Counted from the first letter of the stretch, positions 8,961 to 17,810 are shown. The stretch: 24,000 nt of DNA from Acidimicrobiaceae bacterium (GCA_905182565.1 CAJJCB010000010.1:20074-44073); one strand, 5' to 3'. The notes: generated by a model not told the origin, from the sequence alone. Numbers and translations are program-made.

Positions 8961-9113
8961 TCATTCAGGGCTAGACCCATTGTTGGGAATAATTTGAGGC
9001 GATGAGCTTTTACTATCGGCTTCGCGCCCATTCGCGTAAGCAGCAAGAAGTACAGCCCAAATAGTTAACCCGAATACTGCTGCTCCAATGGACATCAATA
9101 CTGTTTCGTTCAT
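8961..9113 (-). CDS. Tiny single-TM protein (50 aa)
   Basis: The sequence is MNETVLMSIGAAVFGLTIWAVLLAAYANG followed by a polar tail. Its ATG overlaps the TGA of the upstream small ORF (ATGA, a 4-bp overlap), suggesting translational coupling. The longer alternative (start at 9215) would overlap the neighbour by about 100 nt in another frame. Confidence 0.4.
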   Translation of the reverse strand: MNETVLMSIGAAVFGLTIWAVLLAAYANGREADSKSSSPQIIPNNGSSPE

Positions 9114-9313
9114 TGCGAGCTTCGATCGTTCGTCAATACTAGATTGCCTAATGAAAGAATAGACGGAACCCAAAGACCGACAAAGATTCCCTGGTCTTTC
9201 GAACCGGTGTACCAAAGGGTTACTGACAGAACAAGAGACAGAAAAGCTGCCACCATGAACAAGATTTTTGGCTTAGAAAAAACAACTTGTGTCGACTCAA
9301 GATTCGAGAACAC
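9110..9313 (-). CDS. Small 2-TM membrane protein (67 aa)
   Basis: GTG at 9313 is preceded by GAGGAG (9326-9321) with a 7-nt spacer. The two hydrophobic helices are ILFMVAAFLSLVLSVTLW and IFVGLWVPSILSLGNLVL. It is the first gene of an apparent three-gene minus-strand operon. Confidence 0.45.
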   Translation of the reverse strand: MFSNLESTQVVFSKPKILFMVAAFLSLVLSVTLWYTGSKDQGIFVGLWVPSILSLGNLVLTNDRSSQ

Positions 9314-9620
9314 GAAACAACTCCTCAATTAGTGCTAAATGAAATACCATAGCAAACTATACCGACGCTCAGGCTATATCAACTCATTTACCAAATAAGG
9401 CACTTTTGTGAGGCCCGCCGATAGCGCCGGTAATTCGCTGGTGTGTTGTCAGTAGTGATCTTTGTGAAGAGGCTTCGAGCCCGTTTTGACCGAATGCTCA
9501 AATGTCCGGATGACAAAGAAACAGCGTTGTTCTGAATTCATCACCAATGGGTTAGTTATTTGTGTAAGGCGTTCCGCATTAACTTGGATCATCACGTATT
9601 GTTTAAGCCGAGGTGCCCCA

Positions 9621-10472
9621 ATGCGTGTTTTGACTGATGATGAGGTAGAGGAATTTCGCTCAGACGGCGTTGTTCACATACGTGACGCTGTAGACATTGG
9701 CTTGGTGACTGAAATACTTGCATCGGTAGAAGAACTAATTCATGCTCCTGGACGATTTGGCGGAAGTATGACTTCCCCCAATTCGGCTGGTATGTATTTC
9801 CAGGATCGATACCTTCACCCAACGAAAAAAAATTTCCGCCGATATGCGCAACAATGTGGTCTTGCGAAAAGTGCGGCAAAAGCGACAGACTCAGACGCGA
9901 TCCGTCTCTATTACGACCATGTGTTTGTGAAGGATCCAGGTACACAAGAGAGTTTTGTCTGGCATCAGGATCGACCGTATTGGGCAGTCGATGGCACTCA
10001 AATTTGTTCAACTTGGCTGGCGCTGACCGATTCAAATTCGGGTTCGAGTGCTCTGGAATTTGTGCGCGGTTCACACCTTTGGAATCGCACGTTTAAACCT
10101 GAATACCCGGCTCTTGAAGGGCTTCCTGCCAAAGAAGTCGAGGAAGCCCTCTGGGCAGGTGTAGCTAAACATATCGAGTCCTTTGAAGAAAGTTGTCCTG
10201 CTTTCGAAGAACAGCCAGATCTGTACGAAGTTCTCAAATTCGACGTGCGACCTGGAGACGTGCTGCTCTTTGACTTTCGCACCGTGCACCGAAGCGGACC
10301 CAATACCGGTAACCGACGTAGAGCCGCAATCTCGTGGCGGTGGCTCGGCGATGACGCATTTTGGGCACCAAGCGTTGGCTCGGACCCGATAATTAGAGAC
10401 CAGGACACAGTGCTCGAGGCAGGCGATCTAATTACTGATAATGAGACTTTTCCTCTCATGTTTGGTGAGTAG
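9621..10472 (+). CDS. Phytanoyl-CoA dioxygenase (PhyH)-family Fe(II)/2-oxoglutarate oxygenase, paralog 1
   Basis: The H-x-D iron motif lies in FVWHQDRPYW, the distal His in TVHRSGPN, and the 2OG-binding Arg region in RRAAISWRW. The ATG at 9621 is preceded by GAGGTG. The 45-aa upstream extension in the ORF track looks non-coding. Confidence 0.85.
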   Translation: MRVLTDDEVEEFRSDGVVHIRDAVDIGLVTEILASVEELIHAPGRFGGSMTSPNSAGMYFQDRYLHPTKKNFRRYAQQCGLAKSAAKATDSDAIRLYYDHVFVKDPGTQESFVWHQDRPYWAVDGTQICSTWLALTDSNSGSSALEFVRGSHLWNRTFKPEYPALEGLPAKEVEEALWAGVAKHIESFEESCPAFEEQPDLYEVLKFDVRPGDVLLFDFRTVHRSGPNTGNRRRAAISWRWLGDDAFWAPSVGSDPIIRDQDTVLEAGDLITDNETFPLMFGE

Positions 10473-10766
10473 CGCCGAAGATCGTCACAACAAACGAAAT
10501 CTAGTATTGAGGCCATGTCCGCTGGAAGTAATTTTTAGGAACCCCACACGAGTACCGAAACCAAGTTCGTGTTTCTAGGCGCCCGGGGCCTCCACCTGAA
10601 TGGCGGGATGATTTTGGCACCCAATCCGGGGCGATACACTTTCTTGACATCGGCTTAATCCAAGATCTCTGAATTCCTGAACCGACTAATTCTGAATCAT
10701 GCCACATTCTAAGAAATGAGCGAACAGACAAGTTGTAACCTCTACTCACTGGACGAAGGAGCATAA

Positions 10767-11591
10767 ATGGTCATCCAAAATGTTGATACAAATGTTAGTG
10801 GATACCAAAATGAAGGTTGGTGGTCTCCCATAGACGTTCTTCGACCTGATGAAGTAGCGCAATGTCGAGAAGGCCTAGAAACCTACGAAGCATCAGTTGG
10901 ACACCCGATCGAATTTCCTGAAAAATCAAAATCCTACCTCTTGTTCGAATGGGCAGATTATTTAGTGCATCACCCTAAAGTACTTGATGCAGTTGAAGCA
11001 GTAATTGGACCTGACATCCTTGTTTATCACTCAACGACATGGATTAAAGAAGCGCAAACTCCTGCATTCGTGCACTGGCATCAAGACGGAACATATTTCT
11101 TTCTAGAACCTCATCTCCATGTAACCGCTTGGATCGCACTATCAGAATGTCCGCCCGAAGCAGGCTGTGTGAGGGTTGTCTCGGGAAGTCATAAACTCGG
11201 ACAGTTTGACCACAACGATGATCCAGGCCAATGGAATATGATTAAACGAGGTCAGGGAATCTTCGACCAGTTTGATGATGATGCGGGTGTGCTTATGCCA
11301 CTCCATGCTGGGGAAATGTCATTGCATCACACTGACGTTGTTCACTCTTCAGCAGGAAATGAAACTGACCACCGACGCGTTGGCATCGGCATAAGCTACA
11401 TCCCCACAAGCGTCCGTCCGGTCGGAGAACCCACTCCTAGCGCTCTACTCGTTCGAGGTAAAGACGACTACGGGAATTTCATCGAGGAGCAACGCCTAGG
11501 GGTGGAACAGTCACCTGAAGCTATAGCTGCTCACAATGAAGCCAACACTAGGTTTAGGGCGCGCCAAGATTTAGGCGCAAATATGTCGTAA
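10767..11591 (+). CDS. Phytanoyl-CoA dioxygenase (PhyH)-family Fe(II)/2-oxoglutarate oxygenase, paralog 2
   Basis: The H-x-D motif lies in FVHWHQDGTYF, the distal His in VVHSSAGN, and the Arg region in HRRVGIGISY. A strong SD (GAAGGAG) sits about 6 nt upstream of the ATG. Confidence 0.9.
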   Translation: MVIQNVDTNVSGYQNEGWWSPIDVLRPDEVAQCREGLETYEASVGHPIEFPEKSKSYLLFEWADYLVHHPKVLDAVEAVIGPDILVYHSTTWIKEAQTPAFVHWHQDGTYFFLEPHLHVTAWIALSECPPEAGCVRVVSGSHKLGQFDHNDDPGQWNMIKRGQGIFDQFDDDAGVLMPLHAGEMSLHHTDVVHSSAGNETDHRRVGIGISYIPTSVRPVGEPTPSALLVRGKDDYGNFIEEQRLGVEQSPEAIAAHNEANTRFRARQDLGANMS

Positions 11592-11771
11592 TTAATTTTT
11601 CTTCATTCGCACCGACGTTTCAACCAAGATAAAAGTTTGTTTGTTGCCTTTAGAACCGAAACTCTTGTCATGAAGCAGATCTCTGGAGACTTTCTTATAC
11701 GAAACTTCAGAAGGGTTTGCTAGCTAAGAACGCATAGGTTAAGAAACATTATACCCATTGGAGGAATAGCT

Positions 11772-12305
11772 TTGGAAATCTTTATATCACCCAAACCTAT
11801 TTTGTCTGGATCGGTGAATCGACACTGGGTCGCAAGAATTGGGTTGGTAGTGGTATCAGTCGCAATGCTATTGGGTTGTACTTCGGAGAGCATGGAAGCT
11901 GTGTCCGAAAAGCCTGCAGTAAACCCTGAAACAGACGACGGCTGCGCACAACAAACCAGAAATAATCTTGAAGACCGGATTCTCGCACAACTTGACGCAC
12001 TCGGCCGTAGGTCATTTGGTGAAGCCCTCGACCACGCTTCGCTTTCATTCAAACAGTCAATTGATACGCGTAGCTTCGAAGCAATGATTAGATCTGGGTT
12101 TCCGATTCTTTTAGATAACGAGATTGTTTCTTTCGGGCGCTGTCAAGAATTCGGTGACGTAGCGATGATTGAAGTTTCTTTCAGAGGCCAGCCTTCTGCT
12201 GGTCTTATCTACTCTCTGGGTCTCTCCGATAGCCAGTGGTGGATTGAGGCAGCCTCGCCGTTGAGCGATACATTCCCCAGTCAAAAAGAGTTAAAAGCAC
12301 TCTAG
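11772..12305 (+). CDS. DUF4864-like (NTF2-fold) lipoprotein
   Basis: TTG start with GGAGGA 7 nt upstream. The signal peptide ends in the lipobox LLGC. The body (ILAQLDALGRRSFGEALDHAS...FEAMIRSGFPILL...WWIEAASP) matches the DUF4864 pattern as I remember it. Confidence 0.6.
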   Translation: MEIFISPKPILSGSVNRHWVARIGLVVVSVAMLLGCTSESMEAVSEKPAVNPETDDGCAQQTRNNLEDRILAQLDALGRRSFGEALDHASLSFKQSIDTRSFEAMIRSGFPILLDNEIVSFGRCQEFGDVAMIEVSFRGQPSAGLIYSLGLSDSQWWIEAASPLSDTFPSQKELKAL

Positions 12306-12365
12306 TCATCTGAAAATTTGCTCAGTAACTTTTTTGAGCGGAACCTTCTTTAGTCAAAAATTCCC

Positions 12366-12393
12366 GGGGGTCACAGTCTCAAATGTGACCCCC
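12366..12393. terminator. Bidirectional intrinsic terminator between the convergent lipoprotein and ALDH genes
   Basis: Perfect 10-bp GC-rich stem GGGGGTCACA / TGTGACCCCC with an 8-nt loop. It is flanked by AAAAATT on the left, which gives a T-run for the minus-strand ALDH transcript. GTTTCG lies on the right. Confidence 0.7.
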
Positions 12394-12408
12394 GTTTCGA
12401 ATCTCTGT

Positions 12409-13839
12409 TCAGCTTGCTCCCATAATGGCTTTAGTCTCGAGGAACTCTTCGAGACCATGTTGGCCCCACTCGCGACCATTGCCAGACTGTTTGTATCCGC
12501 CGAACGGAGCGTTGAAGTCAGGCCCGGCTCCGTTCACATGTACATTGCCGCTTCTGATGCGGCGAGCCACTGACATTGCGCGCTCTGGTGACCCCGAAAC
12601 ATAGCCCGAGAGTCCGTAGACAGTTTCGTTAGCTAAACGAACTGCGTCATCATCATTTTCATATCCAATCATGACTAAGACGGGTCCGAATACTTCTTCT
12701 GTGGCGATGCGCATGTCATTAGTTACGTTTGCGAACAATGTTGGTTTAACAAAGTAGCCGCTCTCTAGACCTTCAGGCCTGCCGGTGCCGCCGGTAACTA
12801 GAGTCGCACCCTCGTCAATGCCCGCTTGGATAAGATCTTGGATCTTGTTCCATTGGATTTCCGAGACAACTGGCCCAATAGTTGTTCCAGGAATAGTTGG
12901 GTCACCTACTGATACTGACTCCATCGATGACTTTGCTATTTCAGACGCCTCATCCATTCGATTAAGCGGCACGAACATACGAGTTGCGGCATTGCAAGAC
13001 TGTCCAGAATTAGTACACATTCCGAATGCGTCTCGTCCAATTGCTTTGACGAAATCAGCGTCATCCAAAATAATGTTAGCTGATTTGCCACCGAGCTCCT
13101 GAGCAACTCTTTTTACCGTTGGCGCTGCATTTTTAGCAACCTCAACTCCAGCTCGTGTTGAACCAGTGAATGACATCATGTCAACCCCAGGATGAGCAGA
13201 TAGATGAGCGCCGACTGATGGACCATCACCATTGACTAAGTTAAACACGCCAGCTGGAACTCCTGCCTCATCGAGAATCTCAGCAAAAAGAATGGCATTG
13301 AGGGGAGCGATCTCGGAAGGTTTCAGAACCATGGTGCAGCCTGCAGCGAGAGCAGGCGCAACCTTGCAGGCAATTTGATTTAGAGGCCAATTCCAGGGAG
13401 TTATCATGCCTACAACTCCAACAGGCTCTTTGGTTATGAGCGACTTACCGAGGCGCTCTTCAAATTCGTAGGTAGTAAGGATGTTGGCCATAGTTGCGAA
13501 GTGAGCTAATCCAGTAGGTGCCTGGGCTGCTTTTGCTAATCCAGCTGGAGCACCCATTTCGGCAGAAATTGTTGAAGCCATATTTTCAGACCGCTCGCCT
13601 AAAAGTTCTGTAATCCGGTTGAGAAGTCCGACACGGTATTCAACAGATGTTTGTGAATAGCTATCGAAAGCATCTTGAGCTGCGCTAACAGCGGCATCGA
13701 CATCACTTGGGCCACCCATAGCGATTGACGCGATCGGAGCTTCAGTGGCAGGGTTAATTACGTCTAATTTTGTGTCTGTCTTTGGTTCGACCCACTGTCC
13801 ATTGATATAAAAAAGTTCGTTATTGTTGCTCGGCTCCAT
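12409..13839 (-). CDS. NAD(P)+-dependent aldehyde dehydrogenase (ALDH superfamily)
   Basis: Canonical motifs are present: catalytic-Cys region NSGQSCNAATR, general-base Glu in ELGGKSANII, cofactor motif FTGSTRAGVEV, and C-terminal PFGGYKQSGNGRE. AAGGAG lies 7 nt upstream of the ATG. Substrate cannot be assigned from the sequence. Confidence 0.95.
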   Translation of the reverse strand: MEPSNNNELFYINGQWVEPKTDTKLDVINPATEAPIASIAMGGPSDVDAAVSAAQDAFDSYSQTSVEYRVGLLNRITELLGERSENMASTISAEMGAPAGLAKAAQAPTGLAHFATMANILTTYEFEERLGKSLITKEPVGVVGMITPWNWPLNQIACKVAPALAAGCTMVLKPSEIAPLNAILFAEILDEAGVPAGVFNLVNGDGPSVGAHLSAHPGVDMMSFTGSTRAGVEVAKNAAPTVKRVAQELGGKSANIILDDADFVKAIGRDAFGMCTNSGQSCNAATRMFVPLNRMDEASEIAKSSMESVSVGDPTIPGTTIGPVVSEIQWNKIQDLIQAGIDEGATLVTGGTGRPEGLESGYFVKPTLFANVTNDMRIATEEVFGPVLVMIGYENDDDAVRLANETVYGLSGYVSGSPERAMSVARRIRSGNVHVNGAGPDFNAPFGGYKQSGNGREWGQHGLEEFLETKAIMGAS

Positions 13840-13998
13840 GAGACATCTCCTTCGTCGGTTTAGATAGATTTACATAAATTATGAAGCTATCCTACCGATT
13901 TCTCGTTTGCATAAATTAGTTCAGACCGTAAGAAAATTTAGTTACAGTTCATGGACCTGAAAAGAAAAACGGCGTAGATTGTAACCAGATTTTTGTTT

Positions 13999-14613
13999 AT
14001 GAGAGGTTTGCCGGTGGCCGTAGAAATCAGACTTGTCGAGTCCGCTGATGTGCAGGAGTTGAGTGGGTTGTTAGCTCGGGCTTTTGAGGAAGACCCTTGG
14101 ATGTCGTGGATGTTCCAAGAACCGAAATTTCGTGCGACCCTGGCAGCAGCCTGGATGAAAGTCGAGATTCAATGCGCTAGAAATATGGGCTCGAGCTGGC
14201 TTTCCCTAGAAAACGGTGAGGTTGTTGCTGGAAGCATTTGGGCTCCACCGGGTAAAGATCTTCATGAAGGCAATACATTTCGCCAGCTGTGGTACTTGGT
14301 GCTGGGTGCGAACCCAGGCCGTGCTGATGAGTTACTCAAAGGTCTATCCAAAATCGGCGAAATGCACCCGAAACAGCCTCATTATTACTTGAACACTGTG
14401 GGGGTTGAACCAGAACTAGTAGGGCGAGGCCATGGCGGCGATATAATTCGTCATACATTAGATCATGCTGATCAACAAAAAAAACCCTGTTACTTAGAAA
14501 GCTCCAGCGAGCGAAACATTCCGCTATACGAGCGCTTGGGGTTTAAAATCATTCATGGAATTGAGATGCCAGATGGGCCAACGATGTGGGGTATGTGGCG
14601 ATCAATTAGCTAA
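13999..14613 (+). CDS. GNAT-family N-acetyltransferase
   Basis: The acetyl-CoA binding motif A region is VGVEPELVGRGHGGDIIRH. The C-terminal end is CYLESSSERNIPLYERLGFK. The start is ambiguous: TTG 13993, ATG 13999, or GTG 14014 with GAGAGG upstream. Confidence 0.8.
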   Translation: MRGLPVAVEIRLVESADVQELSGLLARAFEEDPWMSWMFQEPKFRATLAAAWMKVEIQCARNMGSSWLSLENGEVVAGSIWAPPGKDLHEGNTFRQLWYLVLGANPGRADELLKGLSKIGEMHPKQPHYYLNTVGVEPELVGRGHGGDIIRHTLDHADQQKKPCYLESSSERNIPLYERLGFKIIHGIEMPDGPTMWGMWRSIS

Positions 14614-14838
14614 TTGTTGAACTGCGTCTTTAGACCTGGCTTATTAAAAATGGCGATGCGAAACCCAGCGGACGTAATCGGTGCGTCAGATAATACATCT
14701 AAAACAAATAGTGAAACCTCTTCCCACGCCTAGTTTCGCTTATGCTCGAAGACGCTGTTAGCCATTGCTGTAAGCTAGAAAGTTGAAAGCTTAAGGAACT
14801 AGCTAACTGGCGATGTGACCAGAAAGGTGACCTGATTT

Positions 14839-15342
14839 ATGTCTGAGTGTCGAATCGAAGTTCAACGAGCAATTGCAGCTTCACCGTCAAAAATTTTTGC
14901 ACTGCTCAGCGACCCTAGAGGACACGTAGAAATTGATGCCTCGGGCATGCTGATGTCAGCGACCGATCCTAGAGTGACTGCAGTCGGTGATCGTTTTGAT
15001 ATCGAAATGGACCGTGACTCATTGCGAGACTTTGATCTAGGCGAGTATCGTGTCACTGTCGTCATCGAAACCTTCATTCAAGACCAAGAGATCGCATGGA
15101 GCATTGACGGGGTTACTCAACCCCCGATCGGGCACATTTACGGGTATCGCCTGCAAGAAACTGAGGGGGGAACGCTCGTGTCTTCCTACTATGACTGGGC
15201 GAACACGCACCCAGCACATGATGAGCTCGTGAATAAAAATTTCCCGATCATCTCTGAAACTACCTTATTAGCAACACTGGGTATTCTTGCAAGAACTGTG
15301 GCGCCAGGAAAATCTCGGCCTGGAGCTCACCGATCAAATTAA
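14839..15342 (+). CDS. SRPBCC-superfamily (START/polyketide cyclase-dehydrase-like) protein
   Basis: The N-terminus IEVQRAIAASPSKIFALLSDPRGHVEID is typical of the SRPBCC ligand-binding fold. Length is 167 aa. AAAGGTG lies about 10 nt upstream of the ATG. Confidence 0.7.
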   Translation: MSECRIEVQRAIAASPSKIFALLSDPRGHVEIDASGMLMSATDPRVTAVGDRFDIEMDRDSLRDFDLGEYRVTVVIETFIQDQEIAWSIDGVTQPPIGHIYGYRLQETEGGTLVSSYYDWANTHPAHDELVNKNFPIISETTLLATLGILARTVAPGKSRPGAHRSN

Positions 15343-15458
15343 GTATCTTGCGTTACTCGTTAGACGAGATGAGCCTGAAGCTAACTCACTTCAGTTGAAG
15401 TAACCGGCGAACCAATAGTTATTGTCTCCGTTGGCGATTGACGAAAATTCGGCAATTC

Positions 15459-17810
15459 TTAGTACAGAGCTTCAGCAGCTGCGAGGTCTGCGATCTGATC
15501 TCCGTTATAGCCCAACATATCGCTTAACACTTCAAAGGTATGCTCACCGATTGGTGGCCCGCCCCATAAGGTTTCAGAAGGCGTTCTACTCAATTGATAA
15601 TGTGAACCTTCAACGATTGTTTCACCAGCATATGTCTGAGGAACACGGCGAAAGTGATTTCGGTGAGCGAGCTGAGGGTCAGCAACCGCATCAGCTGAGT
15701 CAACAACGACATGGGCTGCGATATCATGGCTCTGAAGCATCTCTTGAAGCTCGAATCGGTCTTGGGTGATCGTCCACCTTCCAATTACCAGGTCATCTAG
15801 GCCCTCAACTCCTATGAGCTGACAGAGGCGATCTTCGGCTTCTTCGCTCTGGCATACTATCGCTACCCATTTGTCATTGCCTTGAGTCGGATATACCCCA
15901 TGGATTGAGTACCGGTCGCTAGCATTACCGGCTCGGGTACCAACTCTTTCATTTACTATCTGGTCTAATAAAGCCGGGCCAAGTAGATGCAAGGCTGACT
16001 CGTGCTGGCTTAGATCGATATAACAACCTTCACCCGTTCGACGTTTCTGATCTAGAGCTGAGACAAGAGCTGTTACTGCGAAACGTGGGCCGGTGTAGTC
16101 GGTGTACGCCAGGAATGGACCCGTAGGTGGGCGATCTGGCCAGCCAGTGATTTCGTAAAACCCGCTCAAGGCACCTGCTAGATTTCCAAAACCGGGATAC
16201 ATATTCATTGGTCCGGTTTGCCCCATGAGACAACTAGACAACATCACGATCTCTGGCTTTCGCTTCTTGACAGATACGTAGTCGAAACCCCAATTCGCCA
16301 TTGCCTTGGGCGTAAATGATTCGACAATTACGTCAGCCCAATCGACCAGGTCCCAGATGACCTGCCGAGCGGCCTCCTTTGAAAGGTCAAGGCTCATCAA
16401 ATATTTGCCTGCATTTATCGAGTGGTACTGAGCCGTATTGTCTGGGTGAGTTACATCGTTGACAAATGGGCCAGCATTTCGAATTACGTCCATTCGCCCC
16501 TCTGATTCAATTCTCACGACTGTTGCGCCGTGATCAGCAAGACTTCGCGTGGCCATTGGGGCTGCTACGGCCCAGGTAAAATCGAGAACTTTAACTCCTG
16601 CTAGGGGAGCACCTGTTGGTGGTGTCCCCGCAGGCTGCGAGCATGCTGGTTTCCGCCGTAAATCGTCGAGTATCTCTTTTGTGTGTTGACCAAGTTTGGG
16701 AGGCGCCCCAAGAATTTTTAGCGGTGTGCTCGCTTTAGCGAAACGACCTGGGAATTTGTACCCAAGCTGATCGACTTCTTCAAAAAACTCTCGAGACTTT
16801 AGATGGTCAGACTCAACTATGTCTTTGGTAGTTGCTACAGGAGCGATGAGTAGACGACGTTCGCTGTTCGCCGACATCAGCTCTTCTTTGGATTTAGTAG
16901 CGGTGAGAGCGGCTATAGCATCTTGAGCACGGTACAGAGCAAGGGGATCAGCTTGCCCTGAAAAAATCATCATAAAAAAATCGACCCAGTTCTGGTCACG
17001 AGTTTCTTTGTCGCAATACCCTTCCTCGTATACCCAATTCATCAGTCGCTGGCTATAAGGCCCAAGCATCGAGCCGAACATGAAGGTGATTGACACGAAC
17101 CCGTCAGTTGCCGGGTAGACAGTCCTAAGCACGTACTCTCCGGCTTTAATGCCTCCCCCTGCGCGAGCGACTGGGGGAGCGCCAACAGCAGTTGTCATGA
17201 GATAAGTTTGTGTGCACTGGGTCACTGCTTGTTGCGCCGATACATCGATATGTTGCCCGAAACCTGAAGCGCTGCGCTCATAAAGGGCTATTGTCGTCGC
17301 TTCAGCAGCTTCCAAAGCTCCATGCAACCATCCTTGAGGAACTGCGCCGACTTGGACGGGAGCTCGATCTGGATCACCTGTAAGACCTAGCTGCCCGCCG
17401 CTGGCTAACAAAGTCAAATCTGTCGCCAACCAGTCATGCTTTGGGCCTGATGCCCCGAAAGGGGAAAGCGTAACAGTCAGAAGCGAAGGGTTTTTCTTAC
17501 GTAAGGCTGACAGGTCAAGATTTTTGAAAGCGCCACAATCAAGAATCACATCTGCTGTGCTAGCTAAAACTTCTATTTCTGGGATACCTCCAATTACAGA
17601 TTTCTTACCGCGATTCCAAGCCCAATGAGTGAGTGAACCCTCGACATTTGGCGAATCGTCGGCAAAAGGACCTAGGTGTCTAGCACGCGTTCCTTCCGAA
17701 GGTTCTATGGCAATTACTTCTGCTCCGAGCTGAGCCAATAAAAGCCCAGTCAAATTAGACCTTTCGTCAGTGAGGTCCAGTATTCGATACGGAGAAAGCA
17801 TGAAGTTCAT
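15459..17810 (-). CDS. Tandem-fused family III (CaiB/BaiF-type) CoA-transferase, two complete domains in one 783-aa polypeptide
   Basis: Domain 1 runs from YRILDLTDERSNLTGLLLAQLGAEVIAIEP to PPKLGQHTKEILDDL. A Pro-rich linker RRKPACSQPAGTPPTGAPLAG follows. Domain 2 runs from VKVLDFTWAVAAPMATRSLADHGATVVRIES to GPPIGEHTFEVLSDMLGY. A normal family III enzyme is about 400 aa. Confidence 0.9.
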   Translation of the reverse strand: MNFMLSPYRILDLTDERSNLTGLLLAQLGAEVIAIEPSEGTRARHLGPFADDSPNVEGSLTHWAWNRGKKSVIGGIPEIEVLASTADVILDCGAFKNLDLSALRKKNPSLLTVTLSPFGASGPKHDWLATDLTLLASGGQLGLTGDPDRAPVQVGAVPQGWLHGALEAAEATTIALYERSASGFGQHIDVSAQQAVTQCTQTYLMTTAVGAPPVARAGGGIKAGEYVLRTVYPATDGFVSITFMFGSMLGPYSQRLMNWVYEEGYCDKETRDQNWVDFFMMIFSGQADPLALYRAQDAIAALTATKSKEELMSANSERRLLIAPVATTKDIVESDHLKSREFFEEVDQLGYKFPGRFAKASTPLKILGAPPKLGQHTKEILDDLRRKPACSQPAGTPPTGAPLAGVKVLDFTWAVAAPMATRSLADHGATVVRIESEGRMDVIRNAGPFVNDVTHPDNTAQYHSINAGKYLMSLDLSKEAARQVIWDLVDWADVIVESFTPKAMANWGFDYVSVKKRKPEIVMLSSCLMGQTGPMNMYPGFGNLAGALSGFYEITGWPDRPPTGPFLAYTDYTGPRFAVTALVSALDQKRRTGEGCYIDLSQHESALHLLGPALLDQIVNERVGTRAGNASDRYSIHGVYPTQGNDKWVAIVCQSEEAEDRLCQLIGVEGLDDLVIGRWTITQDRFELQEMLQSHDIAAHVVVDSADAVADPQLAHRNHFRRVPQTYAGETIVEGSHYQLSRTPSETLWGGPPIGEHTFEVLSDMLGYNGDQIADLAAAEALY

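Noticed and set aside
9486-9620. 45-aa N-terminal extension of PhyH paralog 1 offered by the ORF track (MTECSNVRMTKKQRCSEF...)
   Set aside because: It uses a non-ATG start and its Cys/Arg-rich composition is unlike the rest of the protein. The internal ATG at 9621 has a GAGGTG SD and yields a typical PhyH N-terminus (MRVLTDDEVEEFRSDG).
9592-10516. Long minus-strand ORFs (9592..10074, 9998..10516, 10071..10289) and plus-strand alternative-frame ORFs (9854..10096, 10183..10392) overlapping the first PhyH gene
   Set aside because: Their translations are Arg/Ser/Pro-rich and low in complexity, with no recognisable motifs. They lie entirely inside a CDS that has clear PhyH catalytic motifs, so they are shadow ORFs.
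6088-11591. Search for retinal biosynthesis genes (blh/brp beta-carotene dioxygenase, crt genes) next to the heliorhodopsin
   Set aside because: None of the neighbouring ORFs has the Blh-type multi-His membrane protein pattern or a carotenoid enzyme signature. The PhyH proteins are soluble 2OG oxygenases and should not be over-interpreted as retinal-forming enzymes.
12334-12573. 79-aa plus-strand ORF overlapping the terminator and the 3' end of the ALDH gene
   Set aside because: It is antisense to a strongly supported ALDH CDS and spans the bidirectional terminator hairpin. It has no motifs, so it is a shadow ORF.
15422-15784. ORFs 15422..15769 (+) and 15590..15784 (-) at the 3' end of the CoA-transferase gene
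   Set aside because: Both overlap the well-supported C-terminal CaiB domain (…GPPIGEHTFEVLSDMLGY…) in other frames and have low-complexity translations.
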